NCBI GenBank assembly: GCA_044229975.1
Contig: JBGARZ010000008.1
Location: forward strand, 64,001-128,000
Reading direction: 5' to 3'
Length of the DNA stretch: 64,000 bases
From: Polyangiales bacterium
GTDB lineage: Bacteria; Myxococcota_A; Polyangia; Polyangiales; Ga0077539
Shown here piece by piece: positions 46,980 through 54,803 of the stretch (position 1 is its first letter; the number at the start of each line of letters is the position of its first letter). The notes under the pieces are model-generated. The model was not told where the DNA came from, did not search any database, and saw nothing but the letters and a program-made list of their open reading frames with translations. The position numbers were made by a program, and so were the translations under genes.

Positions 46980-47735
46980 ATGAGCGCGCCGTCGCCCGAA
47001 GCATCGTCGTCCACCTCGGCCTACCGACCACTGCCGGAGGGTCCATCGCCCCGGTGGCGCCGTGCCGCGAGCGGCCTCCGGCTGGTGCGCGTCGCGACCT
47101 GGGTGCAGTTCGCCGCGCGCACGGCGAACGGCCTGCTGATGTCCGTGGCCATGAGCTACGGGACGGCTGGCGTGCGCCTCTTCTCGATCGCCTCGGTGGG
47201 CAACCTCGTCGCGCTGGTCGCGAGCGGCGTGGTGGTGGTGGGCCTCTTCCGCTTCGGCGACGCGCCGCCCTCGGTCGGCGTGATGGAGCCCGCCCGACGC
47301 GCGATGGCGGCCGCGTTCGGGACGTTGTCGACCGCGCTGCCCGGCTTCCTGATGACCGCGCTGGGTCTCCATCGCTGGGCCAACCCCTCAGTGCTCGGCG
47401 CGGTCGCGAGCTTCCAGCAGCTCGCGAGCTTTGCGCTCACCGTCGCGTACCTCGTGTTGCTGCGGCGGGCGCTGGCCGTGACGGTGCAGGCGCTCGGCGG
47501 ATCGTGGCCCACCTGGACGGAGCGGCTCGTGCCGGCCTACGTCGCGTGGCGCATCGTCGCGACCGCCTCGCAGGTGGGCGTCAGGGTGTTCTCTGGCGGG
47601 ACGTTGAACACCGTGTGGGGTCTCGTCTCGCTCGCCATCGACGCGGCCTTCGTGCTGGCGTTTACGCGGCTCATGCGGCTGGCCGAGGAGTCGCTCGCGC
47701 GGCAGGAGACGACCGAGTCCGCGCTGGCTCGGTGA
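46980..47735 (+). CDS. Hypothetical multi-pass membrane protein
   Basis: About 6 TMs; N-terminal SAYR. Confidence 0.65.
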   Translation: MSAPSPEASSSTSAYRPLPEGPSPRWRRAASGLRLVRVATWVQFAARTANGLLMSVAMSYGTAGVRLFSIASVGNLVALVASGVVVVGLFRFGDAPPSVGVMEPARRAMAAAFGTLSTALPGFLMTALGLHRWANPSVLGAVASFQQLASFALTVAYLVLLRRALAVTVQALGGSWPTWTERLVPAYVAWRIVATASQVGVRVFSGGTLNTVWGLVSLAIDAAFVLAFTRLMRLAEESLARQETTESALAR

Positions 47736-47762
47736 CGCGAAGCACCCGAGGCGTTTGCGCGC

Positions 47763-47778
47763 TGGCACGCGAGTTGGA
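47763..47778 (+). promoter_or_regulatory. Putative sigma-54 promoter with non-canonical -12
   Basis: TGGCACG-CGAG-TTGGA in the intergenic gap before ATG 47792. Confidence 0.5.
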
Positions 47779-47791
47779 ACACTCGCACTCC

Positions 47792-48754
47792 ATGTGGACG
47801 CGCGCGGCGGGGATGGCGGCTCGGGTGGCGGTCATGGCCGCGGGTGTCGCGCTGACCGTGGGTGTGGTTCCGCTGCCGTCGGCGCCCGCGCCCGAGCGGG
47901 TGCTGAGCACGGGCATCGAGGAGATCGACCCCGCGTCGCAGTCGCTCACGTATCACGGCGGGTACTGGTTCAACTGGCTGAGCGACTCCACCTGTGTCGT
48001 GCCCGGAGAGCGACGCTGCGTCGACGAACCGGACCCTCGCTGCCAGACCGACGTGACCTTCGGCCCGCTCCATCTCGTCGTGCGAGAGCCGCGCACCGAT
48101 CCATCCTCCGAGTTCTCCATCGAGACGCTGCCGGGTGAGCCCGTCGCCTTCCGCTGCGCGTCCATGGGCGTGCTCTCCTCGCCCGGCTGGAGCCGCTTCG
48201 GCGCGGCCTGCGACGGCCATCGTCGAACCTTCGCGCTGGCCTGCACCTCCAACGCCGGCGTCGATCGGCGCGTCGCGTTTCGGATGACCGACTCGGTGCG
48301 CGTGACTCCCTCGCCGGGCGCGATGGCCCGATGGCGCGAGGCCACCTCCACGGCCTGGATGACCCGCGGCGCGCTCTCACTCGCGTGGATCACCGGGGTG
48401 CTGCTGGGCTCGCTCGTCGCGTTCGCGCATCGGCGTTGGGCGAGAGCGCTGGGTGCGCGGCGTTGGGTCGCGGCGACGCACCGGGGCGGCGGGGTGGCCT
48501 TCGTCGTCGATGGCGGCACGATGGTCGATGGGCTTCCGAAGGAGTTGCCTCGGGGAGCGGCCCTGGTCGAACTGGCAAACGACGAGACGGCCGAGCCGTA
48601 CCGCGCGGCGAAGCGCACCGTCGCGGCGGCTCGCGCTGGAACGTGGGCCGACCTCGCGCGCGACGTGCGCCGTCTGCGGGTGCGCGGCATGGCGTTGGGT
48701 CTGGCGATGGTGGCCCTGGGCGGGCTGCCCATGGCCTGGCTGTGGCGGCACTGA
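47792..48754 (+). CDS. Hypothetical membrane protein
   Basis: N-terminal TM, Cys-containing soluble domain, TM-loop(EPYR)-TM. Confidence 0.65.
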   Translation: MWTRAAGMAARVAVMAAGVALTVGVVPLPSAPAPERVLSTGIEEIDPASQSLTYHGGYWFNWLSDSTCVVPGERRCVDEPDPRCQTDVTFGPLHLVVREPRTDPSSEFSIETLPGEPVAFRCASMGVLSSPGWSRFGAACDGHRRTFALACTSNAGVDRRVAFRMTDSVRVTPSPGAMARWREATSTAWMTRGALSLAWITGVLLGSLVAFAHRRWARALGARRWVAATHRGGGVAFVVDGGTMVDGLPKELPRGAALVELANDETAEPYRAAKRTVAAARAGTWADLARDVRRLRVRGMALGLAMVALGGLPMAWLWRH

Positions 48755-48770
48755 CGCCGATCGGCCTCGA

Positions 48771-49047
48771 CGACGTTCGCGAAGCGGGCCGGGGTTCACG
48801 GTGCAGGCTCCGCGTCCATCGCGCTCCGTTCACCGCCGGGCAAAGGTAAGGGGTCACCCCGTCGCTGCGCGACGGGGTTGCAGGCTGAGGACCCATCGCG
48901 ATCCCAATCGGCACCGTGGAAGTCGCGACCTCTGTTGCAACCCCGGCGCGCAGCGACGGGGTGACCCCTTACCTTTGCCCGGCGGTGAACGGAGCGCGAT
49001 GGACGCGGAGCCTGCACCGTGAACCCCGGCCCGCTTCGCGAACGTCG
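48771..49047. repeat. Long inverted repeat (112-bp arms, 53-bp spacer), REPIN/MITE-like
   Basis: 48771-48882 is the reverse complement of 48936-49047 with one mismatch by hand alignment. Confidence 0.95.
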
Positions 49048-49088
49048 ACGGGGTGAATCGGTATGAGTGCGCCGCCCGCGACAAGGCT

Positions 49089-49601
49089 TCAGCGCGTGCG
49101 GCTGTCCTGCCAGAGGAGCGTGCAGGTGGTGCGCGAGAAGTCGGTGCAACGCCCGTCGCCGCGGCCCGAGAAGCCGCCGTCAGGGGCGCAGATCGAGGCG
49201 CAGTTCGACGAGATCAAGGAGCTGAACTGATCGCAGCACTGGGCCGGGAGGTAATAGACGGTCGCGCCGTTGTAGGTGCACCGATAGATCGACCCGGGCG
49301 GGTTGCCGACGGGCTGGGACATCATGGCCGTGATGAGCGTCTGCACGCACATGGGCGGCGCCTCGGGCGCATCGGTCGCAGCGGGCGTGTCCGTCGCGGC
49401 AGACCCCACGTCGCGCGCGGTGGCCACGTCGACGGTGGACCCCGCGTCGGGAGTGGTGCCAGCGTCGAGCGTCGCAGGCACATCCGTCACGGTCGGGACG
49501 TCGCCCGGAACATCGGCCGAGACCACCGGGGTCGAGTCACCCGAGCAGGCGACGAGGAGACAGAGCGCGAGGGGCCCCGAGGCACGAAGGAAGACGTTCA
49601 T
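49089..49601 (-). CDS. Lipoprotein with DUF6970-like Cys-rich domain
   Basis: LVAC lipobox; NPPGSIY...Y.G..VYY.P.QCCDQFS, ICAPDGG..G.GDG.C. Confidence 0.75.
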   Translation of the reverse strand: MNVFLRASGPLALCLLVACSGDSTPVVSADVPGDVPTVTDVPATLDAGTTPDAGSTVDVATARDVGSAATDTPAATDAPEAPPMCVQTLITAMMSQPVGNPPGSIYRCTYNGATVYYLPAQCCDQFSSLISSNCASICAPDGGFSGRGDGRCTDFSRTTCTLLWQDSRTR

Positions 49602-49650
49602 GGCCCCGACGATAGGGCACCCCGGAGCGGAGCGATACGGAGGCGCGGCG

Positions 49651-50184
49651 CTACGGCGCGGCGGCGGGCTCGGTGATGGTGAACTCGACGCGGCGGTTGC
49701 GGTCGTGGCAGGCGTCGGTGGCTTCGGTGCAGAGCGGCTGCGTGGCGCCGTTGCCGGTCGCCTCGAACTGGATGCTCTCGAAGCCGTGACCGTGGAGGTA
49801 GTCGGCGACGGCCTGCGCGCGGCGCTGCGACAGGCGCTGGTTGTGCGAGGCGTCGCCGCGGGTGTCGGTGTGGCCCTCGACGCGGATGCGACGGACCTGG
49901 GTGTTCTCGCGCAACAGGGCGATGAGGTCGGTGAGCGTCGCCTGCGACTGCTGCTCCTGGATGTGGTCGGAGTCCGTGTCGAAGAGGATCTGGTGCTCCA
50001 GCGTGATGTGACCGCCCGCGAGGTGCGCCTCGGCGTGCACGGGGGCCGGCGCGGGCGCGGCGACGACGGGCGCGGGCGCCACGACGATGGGCGCCGGCTG
50101 CGGCGCCGGAGCGGGAGTGGAGGCGCAAGCCGCGAGCGTCGCGGAGAGCATGAGCGGGAGGGTCTTCGTCCAACGAGAAGTCAT
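49651..50184 (-). CDS. OmpA-family lipoprotein
   Basis: LAAC lipobox, ILF..DS, VEGHTD, N..LS.RRA, NRRVEF. Confidence 0.93.
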   Translation of the reverse strand: MTSRWTKTLPLMLSATLAACASTPAPAPQPAPIVVAPAPVVAAPAPAPVHAEAHLAGGHITLEHQILFDTDSDHIQEQQSQATLTDLIALLRENTQVRRIRVEGHTDTRGDASHNQRLSQRRAQAVADYLHGHGFESIQFEATGNGATQPLCTEATDACHDRNRRVEFTITEPAAAP

Positions 50185-50333
50185 GGTCGGCCTCGCAGAG
50201 TGGCGTGAGGGTGGTCGATCAACGCGGCGGTTCTATCGTCCGCGCAGGCGCCCGCTCAACCGCGACCTGGAGCACCTATCGAAAGATAACTTTCTGGCTC
50301 ACCGACCTATCCAGAGACGCTGCGACCACTCGC

Positions 50334-50906
50334 TCAACAGCGCCCATCGAGGAAGTTGCGCACCAGCACATCGCCTCCCTCCGTCAGCACCGACTCGGGA
50401 TGAAACTGCACGCCCACCACGGGCCGCTCGCGGTGGCGCAGCGCCATCACCACGCCCTCCTCCGTGTCGGCGCACACCTCCAGGCACGCGGGCACCGTCT
50501 CTCTCGCCACCACCAGCGAGTGATACCGCGCGGCCACCATCGTCTCGCCCATCCCCGCAAACACTCCGTTGCCGTCGTGACGCACCCTCCACGCGCGCCC
50601 GTGCACCGGCTCCGGCGCCCGCTCCACCCGCGCGCCCCACGCCGCCCCGATGCACTGGTGCCCGAGGCACACGCCCAGCACCGGCGCTCGCCCGCCCATC
50701 ACCATCGCGGTGCTCACCCCCGCGCGCGTCGGGTCGCCCGGTCCCGGTGAGATCACCACGTGCGACGGCCCCCACGACCACAGCGTCTCCGCGTCGTGCG
50801 CGTCGTTGCGTACGACCCGCAGCTCGGTCCCCTCCCCCGCCACGCGCCCGATGAGCTGCACCAGGTTGAACGTGAACGAGTCGTAGTTGTCGACGACCAG
50901 GATCAC
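50334..50906 (-). CDS. Anthranilate/aminodeoxychorismate synthase component II (TrpG/PabA glutaminase)
   Basis: DNYDSFT.NL, SPGPG, GVCLGHQ, RYHSL, QFHPES. Confidence 0.93.
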   Translation of the reverse strand: MILVVDNYDSFTFNLVQLIGRVAGEGTELRVVRNDAHDAETLWSWGPSHVVISPGPGDPTRAGVSTAMVMGGRAPVLGVCLGHQCIGAAWGARVERAPEPVHGRAWRVRHDGNGVFAGMGETMVAARYHSLVVARETVPACLEVCADTEEGVVMALRHRERPVVGVQFHPESVLTEGGDVLVRNFLDGRC

Positions 50907-51655
50907 CGCACCACGCCCAGCGACTCGCACACCTCCGTCACGATCATCGTCGACAGCAGCCCATAGAGCGCCTCGCCCTCCGCCGCGCTGCCCGCCGCGG
51001 GCGCACCGAAGTACCCGCGCTCGCTGCCCATCGCCTTGAAGGTGGTCTTCCCCTCCTTGATGGCCTTCGACAACGAAATCGGAACCACCGCCAACCCCGC
51101 CCTCACCTCGTCGCGCACGAGGTCGGGACGCGCCGCCAGCACCAGCGAGGTCTCGTAGCTCCCCGCGTGGCAGTCACCGCGCTTGAACTCCTCGCTCAGC
51201 GTTCGCCCCCAGCGTCGCGTGAGCTGGTTGGGAAAGAGCGCGCCGTCCACCTCGGCCACGGCCGCGAGCAGCGCCTCGACGTGCTCGGGTTCGAGGTGGT
51301 TGTTGACCACCGCCACGCGCGCAAAACCCGCCGCCCGGTACGCCGCGCAGAGCTCACGCACGACGGCCCGCGTGGTCTCCGGCGACAGCGAGATGGCGCC
51401 CGCAAACTCCGACGCGTAGTGGGTCACCCCGTACGGGAGCGTGGGGCACACCACCGCCGTCACGCCCGCGGCGCGCAGCTCGGCCGCCGCTCGCAGGCAG
51501 GCGTGCTCGGACAGCAGCGCGTCGGTCAGCAGCGGCAGGTGCGGACCGTGGGGTTCGGTGCTCCCCACCGGCAGCAGCGCCACCGGGAAGGGCAAGCGCA
51601 GGAGGGCGTCGACGTCGGTCGTGGCGAGCTCGGCGAGGCGGAGGGAGGGCGTCAT
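50903..51655 (-). CDS. Creatininase-family amidohydrolase
   Basis: PVGSTEPHGPHLP..TD, VNNH, HAG.YETS. Confidence 0.88.
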   Translation of the reverse strand: MTPSLRLAELATTDVDALLRLPFPVALLPVGSTEPHGPHLPLLTDALLSEHACLRAAAELRAAGVTAVVCPTLPYGVTHYASEFAGAISLSPETTRAVVRELCAAYRAAGFARVAVVNNHLEPEHVEALLAAVAEVDGALFPNQLTRRWGRTLSEEFKRGDCHAGSYETSLVLAARPDLVRDEVRAGLAVVPISLSKAIKEGKTTFKAMGSERGYFGAPAAGSAAEGEALYGLLSTMIVTEVCESLGVVR

Positions 51656-51788
51656 TCTTACGGGGGAGTGTATGCGCCGCACGGCCTCGGAGCGCAGGAG
51701 AATCGCGTGTGCCGGGTTGTGCCTGCGGCCGCAGCCGGACGTGGCGCCGTGCACCACCGTGGGGATGCTTTTGCCGACAACGCTCGCG

Positions 51789-51804
51789 GGGCACGCGAGG
51801 TGCT
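51789..51804 (+). promoter_or_regulatory. Putative sigma-54 promoter
   Basis: GGGCACG-CGAG-GTGCT (GG-N10-GC) about 20 nt before the DUF2330 start. Confidence 0.55.
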
Positions 51805-51825
51805 GACGATCGCGCGCGGAGACGA

Positions 51826-53274
51826 ATGACGATGCGAACGAAGCGCTGGGCGTTGGTGACGATCGGGCTGGCCGTGGCCCTCGGGGCGACGGAGGTGCTG
51901 GCCTGTGGTGGGTGCTTCGCGCCGCCTGGTGCGGTGCAGGTGGTGACCGACCACCGGATGGTGCTGGCGCTGTCGTCGACGCAGACGACGCTGTGGGATC
52001 AGTTCTCGTACAGCGGTCGGCCGTCGGAGTTCAGTTGGATCCTGCCGATTCGCTACACCGACCGTCTGCAGGTCGCCATCGCCGACGACAACTTCCTCAC
52101 CTTCGTCAACAACGTCACGTCGCCGCGCCTCGTGCAGCCCAACGACCCGTGGCCGCCGTGCCCGGGGCCGCCCTTCTCGGGCGGGTTCGCAGACGCCTCG
52201 TTCAGCTCCGACGCGCCGTCGGCAGACCGCCCGGCGGTGGTGGTGCTGCGCATGGAGACCGTCGGTCCCTACGCGGTGTCCATCATCCGCGGGACGGACC
52301 CGATGGCCATCCGCGACTGGCTCCGCGACAACGGATACAGCGTTCCGAGCGCGATCAGCCCGGTGATCGATCACTACACCGCGCTCAGCATGGACTACAT
52401 CGCGCTGCGGCTGCGGCCCGCGGGTGAAGGCGTCGTGCCGCGCATGCAGCCGGTACGGGTGACCATGGAGGGCTACGTGCCGAGCCTCCCGCTGCGGATG
52501 ATCGCCGCGGGCGTGGCCGACCGCGTGGGGCTCTCGCTGGTGGTGTTCGCCAACTCGCGCATCGAGGCGGAGAACTTTCCCAACGGCGAGCTCTCCGACG
52601 CCGACTTCACCTGGGACTGGGCGCGCTCGCAGAACCCCTCGACGGACTTCCTCAACGCCTTCACCGCGCTCAACAACAGCAACGGTCGGCGCCTCTGGCT
52701 CACCGAGATGGCGGCGCGTCAGGAGACCGCGCGGTGGTTCATTCCGCCGAGCTCCATGGTGACGACGGTCGATGCGGGCGGCGCCATCTCGACGACGCCC
52801 ACCAACCCGATGGACGACGTTCGCTTGATCACGGCCGCGCTCGGCGCGTCTCCCTACGTCACACGGCTGCGCGCCGACCTCCCGGCCGCCATGCTCGACC
52901 GCGACCTCGCGCTCCAGGCGAGCGACCGCGCGACTCGTTCGGAGACGTACCAGTACGGCGCGCAGCTCAACGTTCCGCCGCGCCCGGTGTGCCCCAGCTA
53001 CGACGACGCCGGGATGGTCGCCCGCCGCGACGCGGGCGCGGTCACGACGGACATCGGGGGGACGGTCGTGAGCGACGCGGGCGCGGTCGTGATGACGATG
53101 GACAGCGGGACGGTGGCCGACGCGGGTGTGAGCACGGCGCCAACGCCCGCGACGGCGAGCGGCGGCGCGTCGTGCGCGGTGGACGTCGCGGGTGCGACGA
53201 AGAGCGGTTGGGGCGCGTGGGCGCTGGGCGCGCTGGCGTGTGCCGCGGGCTGGCGTCGTCGGCGTCGCGGATGA
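51826..53274 (+). CDS. DUF2330-family exported protein with MYXO-CTERM-like tail, copy 1
   Basis: A|CGGCF, F.W.LP, VGPY, WL..NGY, LPLR; C-terminal SCAV..TM..RRRRR. Confidence 0.82.
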   Translation: MTMRTKRWALVTIGLAVALGATEVLACGGCFAPPGAVQVVTDHRMVLALSSTQTTLWDQFSYSGRPSEFSWILPIRYTDRLQVAIADDNFLTFVNNVTSPRLVQPNDPWPPCPGPPFSGGFADASFSSDAPSADRPAVVVLRMETVGPYAVSIIRGTDPMAIRDWLRDNGYSVPSAISPVIDHYTALSMDYIALRLRPAGEGVVPRMQPVRVTMEGYVPSLPLRMIAAGVADRVGLSLVVFANSRIEAENFPNGELSDADFTWDWARSQNPSTDFLNAFTALNNSNGRRLWLTEMAARQETARWFIPPSSMVTTVDAGGAISTTPTNPMDDVRLITAALGASPYVTRLRADLPAAMLDRDLALQASDRATRSETYQYGAQLNVPPRPVCPSYDDAGMVARRDAGAVTTDIGGTVVSDAGAVVMTMDSGTVADAGVSTAPTPATASGGASCAVDVAGATKSGWGAWALGALACAAGWRRRRRG

Positions 53275-53306
53275 CGGATGCGAAGCAAGAGAAGGAGGCG
53301 ATGACC

Positions 53307-54674
53307 ATGCGAACGAAGCGTTGGGCAGGAGTGACGATGGGGTTGGCGGTGGCGCTCGGCGCGACGGAGGCGCTGGCGTGCGGCGGGTGTTTCGGTCCGC
53401 CGCCGCCCACGCCGCGGGACGTGCAGGTGGTGACCGACCACCGGATGGTGCTGTCGCTGTCGTCGACGCAGACCACGCTGTGGGACCAGTTCGCGTACAG
53501 CGGGCGGCCCGCGGAGTTCAGTTGGATCCTGCCGATCCGCTACACGCCGGGGCTTCGCGTGGCCATCGCCGACGACGGCTTCCTGTCGTACGTGAACACC
53601 ATCACGGCGCCGCAGCTCATCCCGCCGCCGTTTCCGTGGGGTCCGTGTGCGTTCGCGCCGTCGGCGGGCGGGTTCGCCGATGCGGGCTCCTTCGCCTCGG
53701 ACGCGGGCGCCGCCGACCGTCCGGTGACGGTGCTGCGCATGGAGACGGTGGGCCCGTACTCGGTGTCCATCATCCGCGGAGCCGACCCGATGGCCATCCG
53801 CGACTGGCTTCGCGACAACGGGTACAGCGTGCCGGTCCAGCTCAACCCCATCATCGATTTCTACACCGCGCAGAGCATGGACTACATCGCGCTGCGGCTG
53901 CGGCCCGCGGGCGAAGGGATGGTTCCGCGGATGCAGCCGGTGCGGGTGACCATGGAGGGCTACGTGCCGAGCCTGCCGCTGCGGATGATCGCCGCGGGCG
54001 TGGCCGACAAGGTGGGGTTGTCGCTGGTGGTGTTCGCCAACTCGCGCACCGAGGCGGGCAACTTCCCCAACGGCGAGCTCTCGGACGCGGACTTCACCTG
54101 GGACTGGCAGGGACCGCAAAACCCGGTGACGGACTACCTCAACGCCTTCAACACGCTCAACAACCGCAACGGGCGGCGCCTCTGGCTCACCGAGGTCGCC
54201 GGCCGGCAGGACCTCAACACCTGGAGCATCCCGGCCAGCGGCGAGTTTCGTCCGCCCGTCGACGGCGGCGCGACGGAGGACGGCGGCGTCTCGACGACGC
54301 CCACCGACCCGATGGACGACCTCCGTGTGATCCGCACGACGGTGGGGAGCAACGCCTACGTCACCCGGATGCGGGCCGACCTCCCGGCCGTCATGCTCGA
54401 CCGCGACCTCACGCTCCAGTCGAGCGATCGTGGGACCCGCGCGCAGCTCTACCAATACGGCAGCCAGGCGAACATCCCGCCGCGCCCGATGTGCCTCGGC
54501 CCCGGCGGCACCGATGGCGGATTCGCGAGCGCGATCGACAGCGGAGTGCCGACCAGCGGGACGTTGAGCGTGGCGTCGTGCTCGGTGGGTGGGGTCGGCG
54601 CCGCGAAGGTCGGTTGGGGCGCGTGGGCACTGGGCGCGCTGGCGATGGTGCTCGCGCGTCGGAAGCGCCGGTAG
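53307..54674 (+). CDS. DUF2330-family exported protein with MYXO-CTERM-like tail, copy 2
   Basis: Close tandem paralog of copy 1; AAGGAGG upstream; SCSV..TM..RRKRR. Confidence 0.82.
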   Translation: MRTKRWAGVTMGLAVALGATEALACGGCFGPPPPTPRDVQVVTDHRMVLSLSSTQTTLWDQFAYSGRPAEFSWILPIRYTPGLRVAIADDGFLSYVNTITAPQLIPPPFPWGPCAFAPSAGGFADAGSFASDAGAADRPVTVLRMETVGPYSVSIIRGADPMAIRDWLRDNGYSVPVQLNPIIDFYTAQSMDYIALRLRPAGEGMVPRMQPVRVTMEGYVPSLPLRMIAAGVADKVGLSLVVFANSRTEAGNFPNGELSDADFTWDWQGPQNPVTDYLNAFNTLNNRNGRRLWLTEVAGRQDLNTWSIPASGEFRPPVDGGATEDGGVSTTPTDPMDDLRVIRTTVGSNAYVTRMRADLPAVMLDRDLTLQSSDRGTRAQLYQYGSQANIPPRPMCLGPGGTDGGFASAIDSGVPTSGTLSVASCSVGGVGAAKVGWGAWALGALAMVLARRKRR

Positions 54675-54679
54675 TCGGC

Positions 54680-54776
54680 GACCTCACCTTCCTCGGTCTC
54701 AAGGTCATCGCGTCCGGCTACCGCGGGTTGAAAACCCACGGCAGTCGGGCGCGATGGCCTTGTGAGGAGTGAGGTC
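54680..54776. repeat. Long imperfect hairpin capped by the REP core also seen at 11734-11876
   Basis: CCGCGGGTTGAAAACCCACGGCAG at 54721-54744, flanked by AAGGTCATCGCG/CGCGATGGCCTT and GACCTCAC/GTGAGGTC; lies between convergent genes. Confidence 0.8.
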
Positions 54777-54803
54777 AGCAGAGAGAGAGGAAGGGAGCAG
54801 CGC

